From Firmicutes bacterium UBA4996 (GTDB lineage: Bacteria; Bacillota; Limnochordia; Darwinibacteriales; Darwinibacteriaceae), in contig DGYW01000058.1 of the NCBI GenBank assembly GCA_002396805.1, positions 118,747 to 181,416 of the forward strand: a DNA stretch of 62,670 bases, in the 5' to 3' direction. Below are positions 27,282-36,787 of this stretch, in pieces; position 1 is the first letter of the stretch; every line of letters starts with the position of its first letter. Under the pieces are notes generated by a model that worked only from the letters and a program-made list of their open reading frames with translations, was not told the DNA's origin and ran no database searches. The position numbers and the translations under genes are program-made.

Positions 27282-28250
27282 ATGATAATTACCAAGCGAG
27301 GGATTCTTCTGGGCCTGACCTTGCTTTTAGCATTTGTACTCATTTTGTTTGGACCTACGGTTTTCACTAAGATTCGGCGCCAGGTCTACGGAGTAAAGTT
27401 AGGGGTTAGCCTCGACGGCCAACTGGTGGAACGGCTCGTAAGAGAAGAATTATATGACGTGGTAGCTAGTCTAGCGGAGACTGCCTATGTGGAGGCAGGC
27501 AATGCACGTTGGGACTGGAATACAGGAGAAGTCAAGGCGGAAGTAATTGGGCAAGTCGTTGATGTCCAGGCCACAGTGAACGCCCTCTTGGCGGCTCCGG
27601 CCCATACAGACCTCCAATTAGTAACAGTCTCGGTTTTGCCCTCAATTACTCGTGCCCACTTTCAACCCTATTATCGGGGTCCAACTAGTGAGCCGAGGGT
27701 GTCTTTGATGATCAATGTGGATTGGGGTAACGAGTTCATCCTAGACATGCTAAAGGTCTTCTCGGATTACGATGTAATTGTTACTTGGTTCCCAACGGGG
27801 CGATGGGTGGACCAAGCTCCTGATCTAGTTAAGGCCATGGCTCAGGCTGGGCATGAAATCGGTAACCACGGTGGGTGGCATGGCATGGCAAGCCAAATGA
27901 GCCGGAGTGAAGTCACCCGGCTCATTCAGGAAGGAGAAGACAAAATCTTGGCCGCTAGTGGTCAAAAACCTCAGGTTTTTGCGCCCCCAGCAGGTGACTT
28001 CAACAAACAGACCGTGGCCGTAGCAGCCGAACTAGGCTACAAGACGGTGCTTTGGACCGTGGATACGGTGGATTGGCAGAGACCGGCTCCTACCGTCATT
28101 GTTGATCGGGTGATCGGCAAGATTAGTAATGGTACCCTCGTATTGATGCACCCCACCAAACCGACCCTAGAGGCTCTGCCGGTGATTTTGGACCACCTGG
28201 TAACAAGGGGTTATCAATTCGTTACTGTCAGTGAACTCTTGGCTGACTAG
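27282..28250 (+). CDS. polysaccharide deacetylase (NodB domain) with N-terminal extension
   Basis: 322 aa. N-terminal TM, then INVDWG..., TWFPTGRW, and HEIGNHGGWH. Confidence 0.75.
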   Translation: MIITKRGILLGLTLLLAFVLILFGPTVFTKIRRQVYGVKLGVSLDGQLVERLVREELYDVVASLAETAYVEAGNARWDWNTGEVKAEVIGQVVDVQATVNALLAAPAHTDLQLVTVSVLPSITRAHFQPYYRGPTSEPRVSLMINVDWGNEFILDMLKVFSDYDVIVTWFPTGRWVDQAPDLVKAMAQAGHEIGNHGGWHGMASQMSRSEVTRLIQEGEDKILAASGQKPQVFAPPAGDFNKQTVAVAAELGYKTVLWTVDTVDWQRPAPTVIVDRVIGKISNGTLVLMHPTKPTLEALPVILDHLVTRGYQFVTVSELLAD

Positions 28251-29467
28251 AGATTTTTCTCTAAAATCGGCCAAATTTCAGGATCTTCTTGACCCAAGTT
28301 TTGCAGGGCAATGCCTGCGATTTTCTGGGACCTGATCAGATCCACTTTGTATTTGATGCTATACCTATTTTCAAACCAAACTACGTGGCCTGACCCGTAA
28401 TGGAAGTAGGGCGCCTGGGCTTGGGCGTCCCACTTTATGGTGGCACCTTCGGTAGCTGCTAGTTGCAATACCTCGTCATGGGTGAGGGGAGTTGGTAGTC
28501 CACTCCGCGGCCAATCAAATCCGGCAGTCGAAACAGCCAAGATGATTTTTTCTGGTGTCACCTGTTGGACAATGCTCTCGAGCATGCTTTTTAACTGCGC
28601 AACATCTTGTCGCGGGCCTGGCTGAAGGGCGTTCGTATCTGCTCCACCTTTGAGTATTAGATAATCAACACTATCCGCTACGCTTGCATAATCTAGATTT
28701 TCGTCCCAGGGTAGGGCTAAAAATGATTTGAGTTCCCGTTCTTTCAGTGTGGTGGCTAGTTTATCAATGAAGGGGCCTAATTGAGTTTGCTCAGCTCCTG
28801 GAACGTAGTTAAGGTCTAGCAATACGCCCTTAAGACCCCAGTTTTCTGTTGTGTCCATGATTCTAGCAATACTCTCTTCTTGTAGATGGGTATTTGCTAA
28901 CAGACGTGAGGGATTGGCGAGTATCTTAATTTGACCATAGGTTTCTAGTTCTTGGTTTCCGGCAAAATATAGGCTCCGGCCCATTTTTTCTGGATCGAAG
29001 TCTGCTTGGAGTTCCCCATAGCTATTGAGCTGCCAACCAAGTGGGGCCACGCTAGTTAACTGAGAACCATGCTCTAGTAAACTTTCATAGGCAGACTCAT
29101 CTCCTGGATAATATCCGAGGACCACCTTTTCTATACTTCTTTGCGCTGGTTGCGAAATGGTTACTGAGTATTCGGGCACCCAGCCCTCTAATCCAGAACT
29201 CAGCCGAATCTTGTACCAACCTTCGTTCTTGTCCAAAATGATGACAGCCTGCCCCTCTTTCACTGTTGCCACAGGGGTTCCCTCGCCGTGGGGAATCCTC
29301 CTTATAGTAATATCCGCGAGAATGTTGCCTGTTTGCCCAATCACATAGTACGCTTGTTGCTCTGTGGGAGGATTCTGGGGCTGAAGTGATTGGCCCATTC
29401 CTCCACCTAGTAGATTTGAGAGATACAATAAAATCGATAGAATGGCCACAATTAGTCCCTGGCCCAT
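28247..29467 (-). CDS. SH3-domain glycoside hydrolase family 18 protein (YaaH/YdhD-like spore peptidoglycan hydrolase)
   Basis: 406 aa. N-terminal anchor, SH3b-like segment (GWYKIRLSSGLEGWVPE), and a GH18-like TIM barrel (GVLLDLNYV). Confidence 0.7.
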   Translation of the reverse strand: MGQGLIVAILSILLYLSNLLGGGMGQSLQPQNPPTEQQAYYVIGQTGNILADITIRRIPHGEGTPVATVKEGQAVIILDKNEGWYKIRLSSGLEGWVPEYSVTISQPAQRSIEKVVLGYYPGDESAYESLLEHGSQLTSVAPLGWQLNSYGELQADFDPEKMGRSLYFAGNQELETYGQIKILANPSRLLANTHLQEESIARIMDTTENWGLKGVLLDLNYVPGAEQTQLGPFIDKLATTLKERELKSFLALPWDENLDYASVADSVDYLILKGGADTNALQPGPRQDVAQLKSMLESIVQQVTPEKIILAVSTAGFDWPRSGLPTPLTHDEVLQLAATEGATIKWDAQAQAPYFHYGSGHVVWFENRYSIKYKVDLIRSQKIAGIALQNLGQEDPEIWPILEKNL

Positions 29468-29576
29468 AATAACCCCCCTTCCTGCTCTCTGTAATCTATG
29501 GTATCATATTAATAATGCAAAATCAGTGGAAAGAAAAGTATGGACTGGATTGCTTTTCCCCATACTGGAGGTCAAT

Positions 29577-30833
29577 ATGTACCAAAAAACTGTGCTACCC
29601 AATGGAATTAGGATTGTTAGCGAATATTTGCCTTACCTGCGCTCGGTGACCTTAGGGGCTTGGTTTGAGGTTGGAAGTCGTCATGAACAGCCGCAAGAGT
29701 GGGGTCTTTCTCATTTTATCGAACACATGATGTTCAAGGGGACTGACAAGTATTCGGCGCGTCAGATTGCTGAAGTGATGGACAAACATGGTGGTTATCT
29801 GAATGCTTTTACCGGAAAAGAACACACTTGCTATTATTTCAAGGTATTGGATGAGCATTTCGCCCTAGCTTCGGACGTCTTGCAGCATATGCTTCTCCAC
29901 TCCTTGTTTTTACCAGAAGAGATAACCAAGGAGCGTAATGTTGTCCTAGAAGAGCTTAACATGTATGAAGACTCCCCAGAGGAGTTAGTCCATGACTTGT
30001 TCGCCAACGTACTCTGGCCTCAGCATCCTTTAGGCAACAGCATTATCGGATCGGCATCCACTATTAGTGGCTTTGATCGAAAGATGATCTTTCGTTTTCT
30101 GGAGGAGCACTATACCACAGATCGTTTAGTTATTGTCAGTGCCGGCAATATTCCCCACGAGCGAGTGGTGGAAGAGTTTGCTGACGCTCTTGGTCATTTA
30201 CCAAGGGGGAACAAACCCCAAATCGAGCAGCCCGCTAGTGAGGGGGGGAACTGCTTGTTTCACGATAAGGATACAGAACAAGTTCATCTTTGTTTAGGGG
30301 GAGCCTCTCTTTCTAGGACAGATCAGGCCAAGTACGCAATTCATTTATTAGATACCATTATAGGTGGAGGAGTTAGTTCCTTGCTTTTCCAAGAACTGAG
30401 GGAAGAGAGGGGATTGGTGTATAGCACTTACTCGTTTAACTCACTTTATCAGGATGCTGGTGCGTATGGAGTCTATGCTGGATTTAGTCCCCAACATTGG
30501 AATCAGGTGTGGGAGGTAATTTCTACACAGTTTTCCGCTTTACCCCAGCTGCTTACGGAAGATATGTTAGCTAGGGCCAAGGGACAGTTAACGGGTAGTA
30601 TTCTGCTATCCTTGGAAAGCACTAGTAACAGGATGACTAGATTAGCCAAGGGTGAGCTGGATGAAGGCAGAATTATTACTGTTGAGGAAGTCTTGGCTAA
30701 TATTGAAGCGGTGCAGCACGAGGAGTTGTTAAGGGTGGCCACTACAGTGTACGATCCCCAATCTTGGAGTTGGGTGGGACTAGGGCCTAAAAATCTAGTA
30801 GAGGAGGACATTTTGTGTCGCAAGATATGCTAA
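29577..30833 (+). CDS. M16 family (insulinase-like) zinc peptidase, YmxG/MlpA-like
   Basis: HFIEHMMFKG inverted zinc motif. ATG 29577 follows GGAGG. The ORF-track start at 29442 overlaps the divergent gene. Confidence 0.88.
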   Translation: MYQKTVLPNGIRIVSEYLPYLRSVTLGAWFEVGSRHEQPQEWGLSHFIEHMMFKGTDKYSARQIAEVMDKHGGYLNAFTGKEHTCYYFKVLDEHFALASDVLQHMLLHSLFLPEEITKERNVVLEELNMYEDSPEELVHDLFANVLWPQHPLGNSIIGSASTISGFDRKMIFRFLEEHYTTDRLVIVSAGNIPHERVVEEFADALGHLPRGNKPQIEQPASEGGNCLFHDKDTEQVHLCLGGASLSRTDQAKYAIHLLDTIIGGGVSSLLFQELREERGLVYSTYSFNSLYQDAGAYGVYAGFSPQHWNQVWEVISTQFSALPQLLTEDMLARAKGQLTGSILLSLESTSNRMTRLAKGELDEGRIITVEEVLANIEAVQHEELLRVATTVYDPQSWSWVGLGPKNLVEEDILCRKIC

Positions 30834-31180
30834 GAGATATTTTCCGGTTGCAGGCCGAGTTTGACCAAGCTGTAATTGAGCATCGTGGACTAGAGTTTAG
30901 TCCAGAGGTTTGGATTCAAAAAGAGGTCTTAGCGATTATTTCTGAACTCAGTGAGATTCTTGATGAGGTGAATTTTAAGTGGTGGAAGGATCCCCAAGAG
31001 ATTAACGGGGAAGCACTTAAAGGCGAAATTGTTGATGTATTACATTTCTTCGTGAGTATGTGCCTAAAGGCTGGGATTGGTCCCGACGAGCTTTACGAGG
31101 CCTATGTGGAAAAGAATCGAGAGAATTTCGCTCGCCAACAGGGCAAGACGGATCGGGAAGGATACGCTTGGAAGAAATAG
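30815..31180 (+). CDS. all-alpha NTP pyrophosphohydrolase, dimeric dUTPase (dUTPase_2)-like
   Basis: 121 aa. ELSEILDEVNFKWWK and DVLHFFVS patterns. GTG start 8 nt after GAGGAGG. Confidence 0.55.
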   Translation: MSQDMLRDIFRLQAEFDQAVIEHRGLEFSPEVWIQKEVLAIISELSEILDEVNFKWWKDPQEINGEALKGEIVDVLHFFVSMCLKAGIGPDELYEAYVEKNRENFARQQGKTDREGYAWKK

Positions 31181-31241
31181 ACTATTATGATATAATCGAA
31201 TTACTCCGCGCCCAGGGAGATGCCCAAAGGAGAGTGTTCTT

Positions 31242-32480
31242 TTGAGCATGCGCGGAGTTTTTTTTGTACTGTTTTTTCTTCTGCTTTGTATTTCGGCAGG
31301 AGAGGCTTATGACGTTCGAGGCGGGATCCAAGGTTCGCTAGGTAGCGAAGGAGTGGAGCATGAACTAAGCTTGGACGCTAAGCAGCAGTGGTCGGGCTTA
31401 AAAATAGACGCGGGGTGGAAGGGGCAGTGGCTTAGTTCGTCTGCTGAAACAAAGCACTATTTGAACTGGCAGATGTGTTTTGATGCCAAACACCTACAGC
31501 TGATTTTTAGTGGGAACAAACCCCATTATACTTCAGGGGACCTTTTTCGTTTGGTCCACAAAGACAACTTTGGCCCGGATAGTAGCTCCTTCTTAATAGT
31601 AAGCGAAGGGTTGACGTTAGGATTGCTGAGGAGGATTCCCTTAAGGAGTTTAGATCAGGTTGATGTTTGGTTCTATGAAAGCGCATTGGATTTAGGACCC
31701 TTTAGTTTAAAGGGGATGCAGCTGCAATATTCTGGTTTCAAGGAGGCTGGCGCAGCCCAAGTTTTGCATGGGGAAGGCAGTTGGCGCGACTGGAAAGTTT
31801 TAGTTGGTCGCGGCTGGCAGACCAATTCAAGTGGGGTGGAGAGCAGAGCACGGTTAGCAGAAATCAGAAACAACGGAGATTTTTGGGAAGTGCTCTTAAC
31901 CTACCAGTCAATCGATCCTCAGTTCTCGAGCCTTTTAGCCAAGACCAACAAACACACTCCTGACCGGCGGGGTTGGCGGGTGGAGGCAGTATACAATTCT
32001 GCTACTTGGCGACTTAAGTTCAATCGTCGCCAACATAGTAACATCGAAGGGAGTAAAAAATACAATCAGCTGTCTTGGCAGTTGAGTTCTCATGACAAGA
32101 AGTCTTCGATACAGTTGCGTCTAGAGCCTACGCCTGCTTTTATTCTGCGTGCTGTTGGGGAGGGAGTGGTAGCACAGTTCGATGCTTGGAATGGAGCCAT
32201 GCGGGTCGATTGGCACCGGGACCAACTACGCTATGGGTTTCGTTGGGACGTGGAGCGCGGCATTATCCGTTTTGAGCTCGGTCACCAGTTACCCTTCGAG
32301 TGGAGGATCATTGCCAAATTCGATGTGGCTCAACGGCGTCAGCATTACTCTCTGCTAGCGAGTTATGCCACCAAGACAGCTGAACTCAAATTGGAGATTG
32401 GCAGTTATGATCGGGGCAATTTGCTCGCCGGCTTTAACAATCCACCGAGTTACCGCATATCATGGGGATGGAAGTTCTAG
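31242..32480 (+). CDS. secreted protein of unknown function with beta-barrel/OMP-like features
   Basis: 412 aa. Signal peptide (VFFVLFFLLLCISAGEA), many alternating amphipathic strands, and C-terminus YRISWGWKF. Confidence 0.5.
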   Translation: MSMRGVFFVLFFLLLCISAGEAYDVRGGIQGSLGSEGVEHELSLDAKQQWSGLKIDAGWKGQWLSSSAETKHYLNWQMCFDAKHLQLIFSGNKPHYTSGDLFRLVHKDNFGPDSSSFLIVSEGLTLGLLRRIPLRSLDQVDVWFYESALDLGPFSLKGMQLQYSGFKEAGAAQVLHGEGSWRDWKVLVGRGWQTNSSGVESRARLAEIRNNGDFWEVLLTYQSIDPQFSSLLAKTNKHTPDRRGWRVEAVYNSATWRLKFNRRQHSNIEGSKKYNQLSWQLSSHDKKSSIQLRLEPTPAFILRAVGEGVVAQFDAWNGAMRVDWHRDQLRYGFRWDVERGIIRFELGHQLPFEWRIIAKFDVAQRRQHYSLLASYATKTAELKLEIGSYDRGNLLAGFNNPPSYRISWGWKF

Positions 32481-32519
32481 TAGAATTTCGCACTTCATAA
32501 GTTATGCCGAGGTGATGGT

Positions 32520-32819
32520 ATGAGGTATTCGGAGTTGTCGGGCAAAGAGATCGTGTGCATTGATGAAGGCATCAGGCTCGGAGTAGTGGATCATACCGAT
32601 CTAATCATCAACTTGCGGACAGGCGAAGTGGATTCTATTGTGATTCCCTATGGTAATCGCTGGTTTCGACCTAGATTAATTGTGATTCCTTGGAAGGGTG
32701 TTAAGAAGATCGGCAGAGACTTAATAATCGTTGATTTGACTACTGCTCAGGATTATTCTGAGGTAATGCGGAAGCTTGAAGATAAACCCCGATGGAATAA
32801 GCCCCCTTTTATTGGGTAA
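32520..32819 (+). CDS. ylmC: YlmC/YmxH family sporulation protein (PRC barrel)
   Basis: 99 aa. MRYSELSGKEIVCIDEGIRLGVV...DLIIN..TGEVDSIVIP is characteristic. Confidence 0.85.
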   Translation: MRYSELSGKEIVCIDEGIRLGVVDHTDLIINLRTGEVDSIVIPYGNRWFRPRLIVIPWKGVKKIGRDLIIVDLTTAQDYSEVMRKLEDKPRWNKPPFIG

Positions 32820-32852
32820 GCTAGACTTAAGAAACTAAAAGGGGGAATTCTT

Positions 32853-33365
32853 TTGTCAACCGTTATAGGTGTTTTTCGTGATCTCACCACAGCAGAAAAT
32901 GCAGTAAAAGCCCTCAGAAATAAAGGGTTTGGAGATAACGAAATTTCCATTATAGCAAAGGACGACAAAAAAGGACGTACTAGATCGCAAGACATGGAGA
33001 CTGGAGGAGACTTCGGTACAGATTCTTTGGGTGATGGGACTGCTTGGGGTGGTGCACTAGGTGGAATGGCTGGATTGCTAGCCGGTGTAGGTGCCCTGGC
33101 CATTCCTGGGATTGGGCCTATCGTGGCGGCAGGACCATTAGCTGGAGTACTCTCTGGAGCAGTAACTGGTGGCGTAGCGGGTGGTTTGATTGATTTGGGT
33201 ATTCCCGAAGAGCGGGGTCGGCAATATGAAGCAGATCTAAAACAAGGGGGAGTACTCGCAGTTATAGAAACCAGTGAAGATAAGGTGAACGATGCTAGTT
33301 CTATTCTTCGAGACAATGGGGCGAAGGACGTAGAAGCCCACGGAGGAGAAACAAGAAACAACTAG
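32853..33365 (+). CDS. general stress protein (YflT/GSP17M-like) with glycine-zipper membrane segment
   Basis: 170 aa. VIGVFRDLTTAENAVKALRNKGF N-terminal domain, a Gly-rich hydrophobic core, and a repeated C-terminal domain. Confidence 0.55.
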   Translation: MSTVIGVFRDLTTAENAVKALRNKGFGDNEISIIAKDDKKGRTRSQDMETGGDFGTDSLGDGTAWGGALGGMAGLLAGVGALAIPGIGPIVAAGPLAGVLSGAVTGGVAGGLIDLGIPEERGRQYEADLKQGGVLAVIETSEDKVNDASSILRDNGAKDVEAHGGETRNN

Positions 33366-33375
33366 AGTTTGCTTT

Positions 33376-33401
33376 AAGACCGCCTTCGGCGGTCTTTTTT
33401 A
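33376..33401 (+). terminator. intrinsic terminator
   Basis: AAGACCGCC TTCG GGCGGTCTT followed by TTTT. Confidence 0.85.
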
Positions 33402-33483
33402 CTTTGTGACAGGGGTTGAGATGAGGCAGGAATGTTTAGCTCAATAGTAGAATCAATTCCAATGGCAAAGAGGAGGTAGAAAA

Positions 33484-34191
33484 ATGAGAGTTCTGGTTAA
33501 CGGGGCCACCGGAAAGATGGGACAAGAAGTCTGCAAAGCTATCGCAGATTCTCCCGAGTACACCCTAGTTGGTGGAGTAAACGTTTCCGGTCGTGCCTTA
33601 CCAGGTGTAGAAATATTCACAGATTTGAGCCAGGCTTTAGATGTTACCCAAGCCCAGGTGGTAGTTGACTTTACCACGCCTGATGCAGTGCAAAAGAATA
33701 TGGAAGTCTGTTTCGCAGCTAAGGTGCCCATGGTTATTGGGACCACTGGTTTTTCAGAAACTGATTTGGCCAAGTGGCAAGAAAGGACCAAAGCTACCAA
33801 GTGGAAGGCTATCATTGCCCCCAATTTCGCCATTGGTGCGATTTTACTCATGAAATTTTCCCAGGAGGCCATGGGCTATTTCCAAGGGGCAGAGATCATT
33901 GAATATCATCATGCTCAAAAGTTAGATGCGCCTTCGGGAACAGCCTTAAGAACGCAAGCCCTAATGGCCAAGGAACATACTAAGCCTATTCCTATTCATA
34001 GTGTTCGTCTGCCCGGGTTGGTAGCCCATCAAGAAGTAATTTTCGGTTTACCAGGGCAGACCTTGACCATTCGACATGATTCCACTAATCGAGAGAGTTT
34101 CATGCCCGGAGTTTTGTTAGCTATCTCCAAGATCCCCGAAATCGAAGGGGTGGTTTTAGGACTAGAACACATTCTCTTCACCGACATATAG
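33484..34191 (+). CDS. dapB: 4-hydroxy-tetrahydrodipicolinate reductase
   Basis: 235 aa. VNGATGKMGQEV NAD(P)-binding motif and EIIEYHHAQKLDAPSGTA catalytic motif. Confidence 0.88.
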   Translation: MRVLVNGATGKMGQEVCKAIADSPEYTLVGGVNVSGRALPGVEIFTDLSQALDVTQAQVVVDFTTPDAVQKNMEVCFAAKVPMVIGTTGFSETDLAKWQERTKATKWKAIIAPNFAIGAILLMKFSQEAMGYFQGAEIIEYHHAQKLDAPSGTALRTQALMAKEHTKPIPIHSVRLPGLVAHQEVIFGLPGQTLTIRHDSTNRESFMPGVLLAISKIPEIEGVVLGLEHILFTDI

Positions 34192-34222
34192 TAACAATGA
34201 GTTCAGGTGAGGAGGGCTGGCT

Positions 34223-35137
34223 ATGGCAGGTAAATTGGCGGGGATACCCATTGCCATGCTCGGTTGCGATCTACGTGAAGTTGATCTGGCCATAGCTTTG
34301 GTTGGACTTGGTGTGGACTTACGGCTGGTGGGTTACCCCAAGCACGGAGTACTGAAAAAAGCCTTACACTTTCAGCTAGCCAACGAGGCGGTTAGGGAGA
34401 GTCGTGCAGTAATTGCGCCCATGAGTAATACGGATGCGGCTGGTGTCATTCACAGCCGTATGGATGATAGTCAGGGGGCACCTATTGATCTAGCTGAAGT
34501 GATACCTTTGATTCGAGCCAAAACCCCCGTATTGATCGGAGTTGCCAAACCAGTGATTAGGGGTCTGGCTACCCAATACGGACTTGTGCTTCTTGAAATG
34601 GCGGAAATCGATGAAATTGCCATTCTGAATTCTATTCCCACTGCAGAAGGGGCTATTCAGGTGGCCATGGAGAACACTGACTTCACCCTTCATGATTCTC
34701 ACTGTTTGGTCTTGGGTCTAGGCCGCTGCGGGACCACCTTGGTACAGGATCTTGTAGCTTTAGGGGCTAAAGTAACGGTCGGTTCGCGCTCCGGTAAAGA
34801 TTTAGCTAGAGCGGTGGCACTTAATGCTGACCCCTTGCTCTTGGCTGATTTACATGTCCGCTCAGATTTCGATATAATTTTCAACACGATTCCAGCTATG
34901 GTTTTGCCCCGTGCGTATTTACGTCTCTTAGAGCAACAGACCCTAATCATTGATATTGCTTCAGGTCCTGGAGGGACCGACTTTGCGGCAGCGGAGCAAC
35001 TTGGAATTACGGCGATTCACGCCCTTTCCCTTCCAGGTAAGGTAGCACCTAAGACCGCGGGTGAAATCTTAGTTAGAACTATTCCTCACCTACTTGAAAA
35101 ATTGTTGGGGGAGGAACAACATGACTTTGAACGGTAA
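34223..35137 (+). CDS. dpaA: dipicolinate synthase subunit A
   Basis: 304 aa. Rossmann motif LVLGLGRCG. Position upstream of dpaB-asd-dapG as in Bacillus spoVF. Confidence 0.88.
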   Translation: MAGKLAGIPIAMLGCDLREVDLAIALVGLGVDLRLVGYPKHGVLKKALHFQLANEAVRESRAVIAPMSNTDAAGVIHSRMDDSQGAPIDLAEVIPLIRAKTPVLIGVAKPVIRGLATQYGLVLLEMAEIDEIAILNSIPTAEGAIQVAMENTDFTLHDSHCLVLGLGRCGTTLVQDLVALGAKVTVGSRSGKDLARAVALNADPLLLADLHVRSDFDIIFNTIPAMVLPRAYLRLLEQQTLIIDIASGPGGTDFAAAEQLGITAIHALSLPGKVAPKTAGEILVRTIPHLLEKLLGEEQHDFER

Positions 35138-35723
35138 GAATGTAGGATTTGCCCTCACAGGTAGTCACTGCACTTATGAAGAAATTTGGCCAGAGGTGGA
35201 AAAATTGAGACAGGATGGTGCTAATGTCTATCCAATCGTCTCAGAGACTGTGGCTAAGTCCGACACGCGTTTTGGAAAAGGTGCAGAAATTGTGGCAAGG
35301 TTTTCTGCTTTGACTGGACGTTCTGTGATTAGCACTATTGTAGAGGCAGAACCACTAGGCCCAGCTAAGATTTTGGACTGTCTAGTGATTGCTCCTTGCA
35401 CCGGTAACACATGTGCAAAGTTGGCTAATGCGATTACAGATAGCGCAGTACTTATGGCCGCCAAAGCCCATTTGCGGAATGGCAAACCTGTAGTGTTGGC
35501 CATCTCGACGAATGATGCTTTAGGTCTAAATGCGAAGAACTTGGGAGTATTATTGAGTACTCCTCAAATTTATTTTGTGCCCTTCGGCCAGGATAATCCT
35601 ACTGAAAAACCCAGATCCTTAGTGGCACAGATGGATTTGATTTACCCTACAGTGGAAAGAGCTCTAGAACACCGGCAACTTCAACCGGTTTTGATCGAAA
35701 GACAGTTAAGAAGAGTGCGATGA
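35121..35723 (+). CDS. dpaB: dipicolinate synthase subunit B (flavoprotein-like)
   Basis: MTLNGKNVGFALTGSHCTYEE... ATG 35121 follows GGGGGAGG. Confidence 0.9.
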   Translation: MTLNGKNVGFALTGSHCTYEEIWPEVEKLRQDGANVYPIVSETVAKSDTRFGKGAEIVARFSALTGRSVISTIVEAEPLGPAKILDCLVIAPCTGNTCAKLANAITDSAVLMAAKAHLRNGKPVVLAISTNDALGLNAKNLGVLLSTPQIYFVPFGQDNPTEKPRSLVAQMDLIYPTVERALEHRQLQPVLIERQLRRVR

Positions 35724-35740
35724 TAAAGGAGAGATTAGCG

Positions 35741-36787
35741 ATGCAAGGTTTAAATGTAGCAATATTAGGTGCAACTGGGATGGTGGGCCAAGAACTTCTG
35801 GACATTTTGGTGGAAAGAGAGTTCCCCATCAAAGATTTAACCCTTTTATCCTCGGCTCGCTCAGCCGGAACTAGAGTATTAGTAGGTGGTAAGGAGTATG
35901 CTGTGCAAGAAGCCACTCCCGAAGCTTTTCAAGGGGTTGATGTTGCCTTCTTCGCTGCAGGAGGCCAAGTGAGTCAAGCATGGGTTGATGTAGCTGTTCA
36001 GGCCGGAGCCCTAGTCATCGATAACACCAGTGCCTTTCGCCTACGTGATGATGTGCCCTTGATTGTTCCAGAGGTCAATGGAGAGGAGATCTTCAAGCAT
36101 CAGGGCATTGTGTCTAACCCCAATTGTTCTACCATTATCTTAGCCTTAGTGCTGAAGCCGATTTTGGATAAGGCTGGTATTAAACGAGTGGTCGTCTCTA
36201 CCTACCAAGCTGTCTCTGGAGCCGGTGGACGAGGGATGGACGAATTGCGGCGACAAACAGAGGACTATGTGGCTGGGAGAGAACTAGAAGCCGCCATACT
36301 CCCTGTAGCCGGTGCTCCTAAGCATTATCCTATTGCATTTAACGTCATTCCTCAAATTGACGCATTTGATGAAGCAGGCTATACCAAGGAAGAATGGAAA
36401 ATGGTCCGGGAGACCCAGAAATTGTTTAAGGATCCTGACCTAAGGGTTTCTCCTACCACTGTTCGAATTCCAGTGATGCGTTCACATAGTGAGAGTATTA
36501 ACGTAGAGACCATCCATCCTCTTTCTCCTGAGGAATGTCGTGAGATTTTGGCTAAGGCACCAGGAGTTGTGGTTATGGACAATCCAGAGCAGCAAGAATA
36601 TCCTATGCCTCTGTTCACCTCGGGTAAAGATCCCGTTTATGTCGGACGGATCAGAAAAGATTTATCAGTTGAGCATGGGTTAAACCTTTGGGTGGTAGGA
36701 GATCAAATTAGGAAAGGCGCCGCCCTTAATGCGGTTCAAATCGCCGAGTATTTCGCCCATAACAAGGGTTCCCAGAAAATGGGGTGA
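35741..36787 (+). CDS. asd: aspartate-semialdehyde dehydrogenase
   Basis: VAILGATGMVGQ, the active-site NPNCSTI, and GDQIRKGAALNAVQIAE. Confidence 0.95.
   Translation: MQGLNVAILGATGMVGQELLDILVEREFPIKDLTLLSSARSAGTRVLVGGKEYAVQEATPEAFQGVDVAFFAAGGQVSQAWVDVAVQAGALVIDNTSAFRLRDDVPLIVPEVNGEEIFKHQGIVSNPNCSTIILALVLKPILDKAGIKRVVVSTYQAVSGAGGRGMDELRRQTEDYVAGRELEAAILPVAGAPKHYPIAFNVIPQIDAFDEAGYTKEEWKMVRETQKLFKDPDLRVSPTTVRIPVMRSHSESINVETIHPLSPEECREILAKAPGVVVMDNPEQQEYPMPLFTSGKDPVYVGRIRKDLSVEHGLNLWVVGDQIRKGAALNAVQIAEYFAHNKGSQKMG

Noticed and set aside
32753-33361. 202-aa minus-strand ORF covering the whole stress-protein gene.
   Set aside because: It is the Pro/Ala/Ser-rich mirror image of a Gly/Ala-rich sense gene, with no RBS. 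It is a classic antisense shadow ORF.
33402-33483. Possible lysine (L-box) riboswitch before dapB and the dpa/asd/dapG/dapA cluster.
   Set aside because: The intergenic space is ~80 nt versus ~180 nt needed, and the other dap genes are separated by 40 nt or less.
33453-33872. 139-aa minus-strand ORF opposite dapB.
   Set aside because: It is antisense to dapB, which has clear NAD-binding and catalytic motifs.
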